Position numbers and translations under genes: made by a program
Origin: Octopus bimaculoides
Lineage: Eukaryota
Direction of reading: 5' to 3'
Assembly (NCBI RefSeq): GCF_001194135.2
Contig: NC_068995.1
Coordinates: forward strand, 45,713,907 to 45,777,906
Length of the DNA: 64,000 nt
Notes under the pieces: generated by a model
Told to the model about the DNA's origin: nothing
The model's input: only the letters and a program-made list of their open reading frames with translations
Database searches by the model: none
Shown: positions 49,667 to 61,237 of the stretch, one piece after another
Layout of the letters: each line of letters begins with the position of its first letter
How positions within the stretch are numbered: the stretch's first letter is position 1

Positions 49667-51429
49667 CTGTTACAAGAGAAACCAACAAATTATTAATTAT
49701 TCTCACCAACAACATACAACAGCCATGACTTACCTTTATTCATCGCTAACTTAAAAGCTGCATTCCATGCAGACTTTTAAGCCAGTTCCTGTGGAGGGCT
49801 AAATGGGCCTGTGGCCCAAAATCAAGGCAACTTAAATAGCATGACTATAATATGTCTATAATGACTATATGTGCCAGAGGTGTTTGATTAGAGGTTAAGG
49901 GTAGATGAGAATTAATTCTGTAATGTAATCATTCTAATGTTCCAGTCCCAAGTTGAATTTCAACTTTTCACCAATATATCGCAAGGTTCTTATCTTGGCA
50001 TAAAATAAATGAAGTGAATGTCATTTATCCCCACCTTGATCTCTGTCTGATATCGGACAAATGCCAAGATGGTGTGGATCAGCCAAGCTTTACCTGCTAG
50101 AAATAGCAACCCAAATGCTTTTAAATCAGATCCAAATGCTGAATGTTCAAGAACCAAATGAAGGGCAGATTTTCAATCCTGGGATTATCCTGATTCCAAA
50201 AAGGTATAAAATGTCTATGTAGAGCGAATGTAGACTGAGATACAGGGGTCCCAGAAGGACAGACAGAATTTCATTTTTATTATTATAGATTTAATGTCTA
50301 CCTTCCATGAAATGAAGTGTGAACCAAGAGATGTTGCAGTCATTTTGTTGTTAAACCTGTTTTATATATTATACAAGCAGGATTGATTAGAAACAAGTAG
50401 GTGACTTTCACATCATCATCATCATTTAACATCCGTTGTCCATACTGGCATGGGTTGGACAGCTTGATCAGGGCTGGTAAGCTGGAAGGCTGCACCAGAC
50501 TTCAGTCTGATTTGGCATGGTTTCTACGGCTGGATGCCCTTCCTAACACCAACAACTTTGACAGTGTAATGGGTGCTTTTACATGCCACTGGCACAGTTA
50601 AGAATAAATAAATAATTATTTCAGATAGAAGTAAAGCAGCAAGCTGGTGGAATTGTTACTGTTCCAGGCAAAATGGTTAACAGCATTTCATCTGTCCTTA
50701 TGTTCTGAGTTCAAATTTCGCCAAGGTTGACATTGCCTTTTATCCTTTTAGGGTCGATAAAATAAGTACCAGTTTACTTATATGGCTAGCCATTTTGGAG
50801 AGACGGGATTAGTCAATTACACTGACCCCAGTACTTCACTGGTACTCTATGTTAAAGACCCCCACCCCACCCCCCAGAAGGATGCAAGGCAGTGGGAACT
50901 TCAGTGGGATTTGAACCTAAAATGTAAACAGCCAGAAGAAATGCTGCAAGGCATTCTTTCTGACACTGTATTCATTTAATCCATTCTAGCCAGGAATGAT
51001 GGATGTAATAGAAACAAATGAAATGCATTATCCACTGTATCTTTTTTCTTAAGACTTTGGGAATAGTTTGAGGTGAATTTGGTTGCTCTTTCTAGGTGGT
51101 AGAATCAAGATTGCAAAATAAACTTCTTAACAACATGGCCATACTTAAGGCCATAATATACAGCATTCTAAGTAACATGGAGAAATCATCAGCATCATTT
51201 AACATATATATTCCATGCTGGCATAGGTTGGGCAAAGGGGCCGATACAGCTTGGCACCAGTGATGCCACAACTCACTTCTGCAGCTGAGCAAACTGAAGC
51301 AATATGAAATAAAGAACACAATACTGTCTGGGACTCAAACTCACAACCTCATGACAGTGAGCTCAATGCTCTAACCAGTGAGCTATATGCCTTCACAGTT
51401 CCAAATAGGGGGATGTAAAACATATTTAC

Positions 51430-51634
51430 CTTTAGGTCCCCTGAAGTCTGGAATGCCAGCAGATGTACTAATACCAGCACCAGTATGGAATACAACATGC
51501 TTGCTTTCTCGTATCAACGTGGTAAGTTGTAAGATTTTTTCTTCCACTTCAGCATCTGTATCGAACTTCTCTGGAATTCCACATTTTCCTTTATTCGCAT
51601 ATTGGGACAATCCAGCAGCATAATTGACCGACAT
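51430..51634 (-). CDS. SIRT6: Sirtuin 6 first coding exon
   Basis: [26 protein letters not shown]...[21 protein letters not shown], a diagnostic SIRT6 N-terminus; donor G|gtaaat. An acceptor (ttctgttgcag) 19 nt before the ATG implies an upstream non-coding exon. Confidence 0.97.
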
Positions 51635-52078
51635 AGAGAGTTCCTAAGTATTCCTGCAACAGAAACAGTTAATATAAAGATTATGTACGACAAAAATGGT
51701 AAAAAAAAAAAAAGTAAATAATAATGAATTCCAACATCAACACAAAAAAACCACAAAATTTGCTGGTTCCACATGAAAAGCACCCAGTACACCCTGTAAA
51801 GTGGTTGGCATTAGGAAAGGCATCCACCCATAGAAACCCTGTCAAAATAGAGAATTGGAGCCTGGTGTGGTTCTCAGCCTTACCAGCTCCTGTCAAACCA
51901 TCCAAACCCATGCTGGACGTTAAATGATAATGATGATGAATTAGGGTTAACTCTTGTTTTTTTCACGTAATGTCAACTGGCCCTCATATTGCACTGCTTT
52001 TTGGACAGTTAACCTAGCTCTCAGTAGGTGTACAGAGTTTACATATTTAAGTTTATGTATCACAAGTAGTGAACATAA

Positions 52079-52133
<55 letters not shown>

Positions 52134-52541
52134 GTGTAGTGGTTACAGTGTTGGGGTTGCAACCACTGAGACTGTGGTTTCAATTACCAAACAAGGTGAC
52201 ACATTGTATTTTTGAACAATTCACTTCATTCCACATTGCTTCAGCATATCCAGCTGTCACATCCTTCCAAGTTCAGCTGGATGAAGAGTGGGAAGACCAA
52301 GAAGAAGACTGTTTGCTCATAACTACAAAGGCATCAGAAAAAAAAAAAAAATCAGCAAAAGCATGCTACATACAACCAGGCCATACTTGCTTGCCTGCAA
52401 GTGACAGTTACAGTTTTATGTTAATATATATTTGTTGTTGTACTTGGGGATAGTCATATTGCCAGTTTAGCCAATAAAAACACACGCATTGTATATTTGG
52501 TGTTAATTTGCTTCAGCTTTATTACATTAATCTTAATCTTA

Positions 52542-52590
52542 TTTCGGCCAGAGTTCTTTCGTCACACTTCTGTGACCTCATCAGTGGTCC
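52542..52590 (-). ncRNA. Partial hammerhead motif (5' half only)
   Basis: Minus strand: ggacca-CTGATGA-ggtca...tggcc-GAAA; no stem III or cleavage triplet follows. Confidence 0.35.
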
Positions 52591-52774
52591 TTTGTTTCCT
52601 TCTTTCTTATGTGTGTCTCACCTTGCTAACTATCAGCCATATATATATATATATATATATTCACACACACACACAAGGACATAGGTGCAAAACAAGGTGG
52701 GAAAAAATAGTACTTGAATACCAACGGCAGAGTAAAATACTATTTTTTTTATTGAAGCCAAATAAAACTTCAGA

Positions 52775-52816
52775 AACCGTTACTCAAAGTTTCACACGGT
52801 CATTCATCGGACAGTT
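52775..52816 (-). ncRNA. Degenerate hammerhead motif (left arm of an inverted pair)
   Basis: Minus strand: aactgt-CCGATGA-atgaccgtgt-GAAAC-tttga-GTA-acggtt; 6-bp stem I; U4C core change. Confidence 0.55.
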
Positions 52817-52846
52817 GTGACGATAATACAGAGTCTGATTAATCAC

Positions 52847-52888
52847 AACTGCCTGATGAACCACCACATGAAACTCTGAGTAACAGTT
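52847..52888 (+). ncRNA. Degenerate hammerhead motif (right arm of an inverted pair)
   Basis: aactgc-CTGATGA-accaccacat-GAAAC-tctga-GTA-acagtt; intact core, first stem I pair mismatched, stem II decayed. Confidence 0.55.
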
Positions 52889-53589
52889 TGCAAGGTCATT
52901 TTTTCAGAGGCTGGGACTCTGAGCCATATACACTCCTACAAAAGTCACGATCATGACATACAACCACACTGCATCACAATTATTTTTCTTCAACAGTACT
53001 TGTTCTGTTGAACATCGTTATCCCAAAACTAATCAAAGAAGAAAAAGGTCCCACAAATTTCAAACGATATCTGGACAAATTTCTTGAAGGCATATTAGAC
53101 AAGCCACATCTTAACAGGCTATGGGAGCACAAAACTTGACATAAAAATACGACATATATATATAAACCCATGTAGTAGACCTACAAACGTGCTATTTTTA
53201 GCAAACTCTAGCAAGATGAATGACCAGGTGTACAAGGCTCCCTCTTCGATTCCCTAAATTAATATTGGTAGAGCTTTCATGTTTATTTGAAATTAGCCAC
53301 ACAAATACACACCTAAGTACGGTCTTTCGACCGACTTTCTCTAAACTAAATACTTTGTCTGAACAAAAAACTGGTAAAGTCGTTAGAATGTTGGACAAAA
53401 TGCATTGCGGTTATTTGCTTTATATAGTGCGATGTTCCAATCCAGCCAAAGTCAACTTTGTCTTTCATTATTCCAGTGTTGATGAAATGAATTGGCTGGC
53501 TAACCGCGATAGATTGATGGAATCGTTAAAACATTGGACAAGAAACCTTGCAGAAGGTCAAGGACGTTTTGATTACGAACATCTGCAGT

Positions 53590-53623
<34 letters not shown>

Positions 53624-54519
53624 ANNNNNNNNNNNNNNNNNNNNNNNNNNNNNNNNNNNNNNNNNNNNNNNNNNNNNNNNNNNNNNNNNNNNNNNNNNNN
53701 NATATATAAATATATATATATATAAATATATATAAACACACACACACATGCATACACGATTAGTTCTAGAAGAAGAAATAGATCTGACATAAAGTTATTG
53801 ACGACAGGACAAGGTGCTTAATAAAAGCTCAATTGAGATGATTTGTGAATGAACTCGTAACACTTCGAACTGTAAGAATAAGACGAACCATGTTTACTCC
53901 ATAGCAATAATTGTTTCGATCCCAAAATACTACAACAACAATAAACAATGCGATGATTAAAAATGACAAAAAATAAAATAAAGAGATCATTCTCTTTGTT
54001 AAGATTTCCAAACAAACTCTCGCTATCTCCAAAACCCCAAATCTTGACAAGTTCTGTTAAACTAGATTGACAGCAAAACAATAAATAAAAACTGTATTTT
54101 TTTTCCCCACCGACACTAACAGGGATTTTGGAGGAATTGTCCTATTTTGTTTTAAAACATTAACTCGACAGGAATATAAGACTACGATATGTAATAATTT
54201 AAAGAAGAATAAAACAGAATTAAGAAAGAAATACATTTTAAGAGCAAACAAAATAACAAAAATAAAAGATTGTTGAAACGAAGAGCACTGAGTTTATAAA
54301 AGAAAAAAAACTCTACATAACTATTAAATATTTATATCAATTTATAATATTGCTGAGGGTTATTAGTTAATTAATTACTTTAATTAAAATATTAAATCGT
54401 TTTGTTTTGTCATTGTATATATCGAAAATAATGTTACGGTAAACGATCGACAACGATTATATCGAGTTAATTAAAACGTGTAGGTGGTTAAGACAAAGTG
54501 AAATGGATACATCTACACA

Positions 54520-54644
54520 TACATATATGTTTATATATACGCGTTGTATATATATATATATATATATTTGCATACATAAATGTTTATATATACGCGTTGT
54601 GTATATATATATTTGCATACATAAATGTTTATATATACGCGTTG

Positions 54645-54692
<48 letters not shown>

Positions 54693-54715
54693 TACATCAA
54701 TGTTTATATGTATGT
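54520..54715 (+). repeat. Tandem units of atgtttatatatacgcgttgt with variable (TA)n spacers
   Basis: Three copies plus one decayed copy. Confidence 0.7.
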
Positions 54716-54902
54716 TACAGATGAGTGAGAAACTGAAAAGGCATGTGTGTGTGTATGTATACATACACACATACATACATATGTGTGTGTGACAGATGAG
54801 AAAAAGGAAGGGTATGTGTATATATGAGAGTTTCTAACGTGCAGTCACGGTGAGATGGATGTCATGTAAATATCAGATATCCTTTGTCTATCTATCTATC
54901 TA

Positions 54903-54947
<45 letters not shown>

Positions 54948-55339
54948 AATAAAAATAAATACAAAAAAAGGGTTTTGTATGATCGTGTATAGAGGAATAT
55001 ATTATTTTATATATATACATATATGTCTCTCGCTCACTTAATCTCTCCGTAAATATATATATATTATATTATTCCATTACAATTAAATGTTTTAATTGCG
55101 GAGGTGGAGAGAATTAAATTAGTAAAAAACGAAGTACTGTCTTCTTTTAGAGAACTTATAAAGGTATTTTAAACAGATAATTTTGGAGTTGTGCGTCAAG
55201 TAGACCAAAAGGGAGGGAGAATAATAGGTTGAAATGGTACCAGAGTTGTTTTGTAAAGCAGCAATTATTCTAGAATATAAAGCGACGTTGTTGTCGGAGA
55301 CACGTTGGAAAGAAACAAACTGGATAACCAGGAAGATGA

Positions 55340-55410
55340 TATTTGTACGCATGCGCTCTTTCCAAACAGGAAATATATAAATACGCAAGCGAGAGCGCCA
55401 TTTTATACAA
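55340..55410. promoter_or_regulatory. Candidate promoter motif cluster between SIRT6 and the ZIP-like gene
   Basis: NRF1-like ACGCATGCGC (55347-55356), ETS-like CAGGAAAT (55367-55374) and YY1-like CGCCATTTT (55396-55404) within 60 nt of locally CpG-retaining unique DNA; motif matches only. Confidence 0.35.
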
Positions 55411-55957
55411 TGATATTCTCACCCTGTGTTATATCTTTTATTTACATACATACATACACGTACATATACATACACACACACATTTATATATCAGATAATT
55501 CAATGAATAAAGAGAATAATTACATCTACACATTTTCTATTATAACAGTATTATTACAATATATGTAATTCAAAATCTGTCTGACATGTTTCTGCTGCAT
55601 GTATATCTCACAGTGTGGTTATGCAGCTTTGTTCAGTGTTGCACACTGCTGTGGTTTGAAGCGAATTAAAAGTATGTTGGTTTAGGGGACGATAGTTTTC
55701 GAGTGTAAACAATGAGAGAGGAAGCCTGATCGGGGCGACCCTGTCATGACTCCAACGCTCGAAATTTGAATCATGAATACTAGATCCTAAACTAGGTCAG
55801 AGGTTATTTTGTCCATTAATTTTAATCATATTAGAAAGGAAAAAAAATTCAGAGATGGATGTTGATAATTAAGGGTCATTAAGTCAAATATAATTTACAT
55901 GTAAATATCAGCCTTCCTATCTATTCCCTACACACACACACATTATATATGTATGTC

Positions 55958-55991
<34 letters not shown>

Positions 55992-56119
55992 GTTCGTTTT
56001 TAAGGGGTTGGCTTTGAGAGTTGCATTTCCTCGCATTCGGTAAAAATGTGCTTTTTTTTTATAGTAGTCTGACCTTAGAGTCCCTCATGGCGTGAGGCGT
56101 TATTGTATAGTAATGCCCT

Positions 56120-56160
<41 letters not shown>

Positions 56161-56573
56161 NNNNNNNNNNNNNNNNNNNNNNNNNNNNNNNNNNNNNNNN
56201 NNNNNNNNNNNNNNNNNNNNNNNNNNNNNNNNNNNNNNNNNNNNNNNNNNNNNNNNNNNNNNNNNNNNNNNNNNNNNNNNNNNNNNNNNNNNNNNNNNNN
56301 NNNNNNNNNNNNNNNNNNNNNNNNNNNNNNNNNNNNNNNNNNNNNNNNNNNNNNNNNNNNNNNNNNNNNNNNNNNNNNNNNNNNNNNNNNNNNNNNNNNN
56401 NNNNNNNNNNNNNNNNNNNNNNNNNNNNNNNNNNNNNNNNNNNNNNNNNNNNNNNNNNNNNNNNNNNNNNNNNNNNNNNNNNNNNNNNNNNNNNNNNNNN
56501 NNNNNNNNNNNNNNNNNNNNNNNNNNNNNNNNNNNNNNNNNNNNNNNNNNNNNNNNNNNNNNNNNNNNNNNNN

Positions 56574-56608
<35 letters not shown>

Positions 56609-56805
56609 TACGACGGGCTTCTTTCAGTTTCCGTCTACCAAATCCACTCACAAGGCTTTGGTCGGCCCGAGGCTATAGTAGAAGACACTTGCCCAAGATG
56701 CCGCGCAGTGGGACTGAACCCTGGACCATGTGGTTGGTAAGCTAGCTACTTACCACACAGCCACTCATATTTATATGTTTATGTATAAATATGTATATTC
56801 GAGCT

Positions 56806-56908
56806 TTGGGCTTCATAGTGGCAAGAGTCTGAGTTTCTTTCGAGTGTTGGGCCCCATGGGTAAAATAGTCGAGTTCCTTTCAAGTGTTGGGCCTCATGGA
56901 GGCAATGA
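56806..56908 (+). repeat. Second locus of the 40-42-bp minisatellite
   Basis: Units at 56806, 56847 and 56887 share gagttcctttcaagtgttgggcc. Confidence 0.75.
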
Positions 56909-57732
56909 TCAAGACCTTTGGTATCATGTCGTGCTTGAGAAGTCTATCCATCAAGCCAAGCAAAATCGCAGTCGTGGAAGATACTGGTGTCACGCATTAC
57001 ATAAAAACACCCATTTCACTCTTAGAGTGGTTGGCATTAGGAAGGGCATCCAGCCGTAGAAAACCATAGCCCGTAGGATTTAGTCTTAGGCATCTCAAAT
57101 AAAAGGAGGTGATTATAGCTGGAATACCTTCACTCATAAGTCTAATTGATTAACCATATAGAAACAACAGCCAAGATATCCCTCAAATGATCACACTTAG
57201 CTATCTTTAAAAAGGAAAGAGATTTCAGATAATGTAGTTGTAGATATTAATAATCAGAAAGGATGGCCATAGCTGGAATAACTATGCTCATATGTCTATT
57301 TGGTCATCCTCAGAAATAATTACCAAAATCTTGCTCAAATCATTACATCCAACTATCTTTAAATAAAAAGGCATTTCTGACAGCATAGTGTCAGATACCG
57401 ATAACAAGAGGGGATCGTCATGGTTGGAATAAAATTGGTTTACTTGATCAAGGTTTGTCTAGGGCTAAATAACACAGATTTATTTAAAAAGAAAATTCCA
57501 TCACCCTCAGTAAGATATTGTGTGTTTCACACCAACAATTTCATCTCACAACACAAGAATTACTGATATTAATAAACCGGAAGAAATGTTTGGTATCTAA
57601 CCAATGCTTGGCACCTTCAGATATCGTTCTTCCAGACATAAATATTTCAGATCTGATATATTTCGAAACGAAGATTGATGTTACTAAACTTTTATCTGAT
57701 ATCTGTGACAGTTAATCACTTTAATCCTATTA

Positions 57733-58593
57733 TTGTGTTGAAACAAAAGTTTTGCCATAATTTGGTAACATTTGCTTTATTCATTACGATAAAACAAAAA
57801 CAGTTTAGCATTTAAAGTTGAGGCCATCATGTTGCACCATCTGAAACTACCTTTCTGCTAGTTCTTTGATCCCATGCTGATACCAATTTTTGTCCTTCGA
57901 TGTGAAGAATTCCTTCACTGAAGCTTCCGCCCCCTCTTGGTTGATGAAGCATTGCAAGCACAAGAAGTGAGTCATGGATCGGAACAAGTAATAATCCGGG
58001 GGAACTAGGTCTGCACTGTATGCTGGCTGATGCATCAGTTTGATACCTCAAGTTACTGGAATGTATTCGGGTTGTCTGAGTGGTATGAACTGTTGTGTTG
58101 TCTTGCAGCAGAAGAACTTGCTTGCTGTTAACCAGTGCCAGATATTTTTGCCACACAACAGCATATATCTGCTCTGGCTGTTTAGAGTAGAGGCTGGCAT
58201 CAATGGTTCAACCTTCTGGAATGAACTTGTAGCAAATTATTCTCTCATAATTCTACCAGATGCAGAGTGTCACCTTGTGTTCAAAACACCCTAACCCTTA
58301 CATAACCGCTGCTTATGCATGTTAGGATTGCAGAAAAATATATCCCTTGAATTATTACTTGTTCTGATCCATTGTTCATTTCTTGAACTCATGACACTTA
58401 ATCAACCAAAAGGAAGTGGATGGAGTTCTTCACCTCAAAGGACAAGAACTGGGATCAGTGTTGGATCAAAGAATTGGCAGAGAATGGTGCAGTGTGATAA
58501 CCAATACTTTGAATGCCTAACTACTTTTGTTGTAACTTGACGAATAAAATGAACAAGTTACCAAATTGTTGTGTAACTTTTGACTCAATACAA
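57733..58593. mobile_element. Composite mariner (DD34D) relic: two transposase 3' ends pointing outward
   Basis: Minus arm LLQDN..H and HQPAYSADLVPPDYYLFRSM..EFFTSKDKNWYQHGIKELAER; plus arm EFFTSKDKNWDQCWIKELAE; both end in aacttttg..caa followed by TA. Confidence 0.75.
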
Positions 58594-59369
58594 TACTAAT
58601 AAACCAATGTTAGTGTTTTTACTATTTCACATGTCATCAAAATTAATCTATGGAAGAAATATTTGGTATCTAACGCCCATGTCTAGCACTGTGGCATTCC
58701 TTCAGATAAGGATCTTTTAGACATAAAAATTTTAGATACTAAAATTGCTAAATCTTATCTGGTACCTGTAATAGTTAACAAATTTAATCCTATCAACAAA
58801 ATATAAAATATAAAATAAAAGTAACAATAAAAAACTATTGATTTTAGTTAAATACACACATATATATACACATATAAACATACATATGAATAAATAAGTA
58901 CATGACATGTGAAATAGTGGAAAGGTAACGAATGGTTTGTGAGGAATTCTTGTGTTGTGAGATAAAATTATTGTCTGAGACACAAGGTACCTTACAGAAG
59001 GTGATGGAATTTTCTTTAAGGATACATGAATGCTGTTTAACATCTGGTTAATGCTGATCAAGAAAACCAATGAGCAAAGGGTATTCCGACCATGACCACC
59101 CCCTTTTATTATTGGTATCTGGGACAGTGTTATCTGAAATGTCCTTCCTTTTTAACCCTTCAACATTTAAACTGGCCACAAGCACAGGAGTGGCTGTGTG
59201 GTAAGTAGCTTGCTTACCAACCACATAGTTCCAGGTTCAGTCCCAATGCATGGCACCTTGGGCAAGTGTCTTCTACTATAGCCTCTGGCCGACCAAAGCT
59301 TTGTGAGTGGATTTGATAAACGGAAACTGAAAGAAGCCTGTCATANNNNNNNNNNNNNNNNNNNNNNNN

Positions 59370-59424
<55 letters not shown>

Positions 59425-60455
59425 GTGTGTGTTTGTCCTTCCCAACATCGCTTGATAACCGATGCTGGTGTGTTTACGTTCCTGTAGCTTAGCGATTCAG
59501 CAAAAGAGACCAATAGAATAAAAGTGGGGTGATAGCTAAAGAATGTCCAAGAAGCACTGTGGAAGAGAGTTAGAGGGTTAATTAGACGGCAGGTGAGAAT
59601 AAGACATTTCAGCTGATTCGCTTATATTTATGTATTTTTTGTGTATGTATGTGTGTGTAACTGTATATGTAAATAAACGCGGTGTTTAACGCATTTATAA
59701 TTAAAAACGTAAATTTAAATCCTTCTAACTTCTTTATTGTAAATTTTCCCAAACTATAACAACGGTATGTGTCATAGGCATGCAAAGCTATATCAAGGGC
59801 ATGTCTTTCGAAAATTTTTAGATTAAAGTTTGTGACTGAGTTAAAGAAAAAAGAAAAAAAAAACGAAAACGATCCTGATATACTTTCGTCGAAGTCTCAA
59901 AAACGAAAAAGAGGAGGGGAGATAATGAGAGGAGGGGAGGCAGTACATTAATATAAAATAGAGTTACCTGCCCTTGATCTCAAACTTGAATCAGTCATGA
60001 GGAAGAGTTCTTTATCAACGTGACGCACTTGTTGTCATTAACTGTAACAAAAGCAGCAACAACAACAACACCGAGACCATTTCTTGTTCACAGATTACTC
60101 ATGGCTATAGTTATATCAATTAATTAACACAATTCACTTCTGCAATAACGACTTTTTATCACGGTACAAAATGTTTGGCAAAGAACTACATTCTTCGGCT
60201 CTCGATATATAACTGTTTACTTTTAAATATAAAAAAGGTGGAAAGAAAGAAGAAAAAGAAAAACAAAACGAAAACATTGACAAACTTGATTGCTCTCTCT
60301 CTATTTACATTCTATCTATCTACTTAGAGAGAAAGAAATTTGTAAATATACATAGTTATATACAACACTAAGCCTATATATATCTATATATATACACACA
60401 CATACATGTAGTTTACGTACTTATTTTTAAGTGTCAAATCAATGAAGAAAAAGAC

Positions 60456-60601
60456 ATGAAGGTAGAAATCTTAAAAGTTATTCTACTTATTGCCCTATTC
60501 ATAGTCACTTTGATATGTGGTTTTCTTCCTGTCAAACTGGTTTCCTATTCCCAACGACAAACGACCCACGCTGGTTCTACACGGCAGTCCAATCGGAAAC
60601 G
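60456..60601 (+). CDS. Probable first coding exon of a ZIP1/ZIP3-like (SLC39A subfamily II) metal transporter
   Basis: MKVEILKVILLIALFIVTLICGFLPVKLVSYSQRQTTHAGSTRQSNRK(R). TM1 with K..hydrophobic..G.LP resembles ZIP subfamily II N-termini. Donor CG|gtaaac; acceptor tttttaag at 60431. Downstream exons not found in the window, so assignment rests on one helix. Confidence 0.55.
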
Positions 60602-60614
60602 GTAAACTATTTTA

Positions 60615-60822
60615 TTAATTTATTATTATTATTATTTAAGACGTCGCACTGTATCCGATATCGTGATGTTGATTGAAGATATTGTGTCTACCGAGGGTTT
60701 GTACTGTCTGTCAAGTCACAACAAGGACCTCACAGTACTTTACGCGATATGCATGCAGTTCCAAGTAATGCCGATTTTTGCAATACGCCAAGATTGTAGG
60801 ATATTTCTAAAGTTTCCAGATG
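60615..60822 (-). mobile_element. R4/Dong-clade retrotransposon 3' end
   Basis: Minus strand LGVLQKSALLGTACISRKVL*, then about 90 nt of 3' UTR and a (TAA)n tail. Confidence 0.75.
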
Positions 60823-61127
60823 TTTTTTTTTTTTAGATTGGGTGGTATTGAACCCAATGCTCCGATGACAATAGGGACAACTTTTATGTTTGACCATCGT
60901 AGTTTCCACCACCACCACCACCACCACTATTATTACTACTACATTCATAATCACCGAGACTGTGTGATATATGTTATTGTTATTGAAAGTTGAAATACCA
61001 TGACAGTGCCGAAGTAGTTGTTGATACTGTTGCTGATGTATTCGAAATTGCCGAGCCATTATAAATTCCATCTGCATTTTGTGGATACCTCATTAGAATA
61101 TGGCAGTTTTTGATAATGTTTCATTTG

Positions 61128-61160
<33 letters not shown>

Positions 61161-61237
61161 AATAATAACAACAGACGAGGACAGGTGGTGTAAATAACAA
61201 AAGTATATATTAGTATGACGCTCTGGAATACGGAAAG

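Noticed and set aside
54520-54715. Repeat-spacer pattern resembling CRISPR
   Set aside because: The spacers are only variable (TA)n, consistent with slippage duplication.
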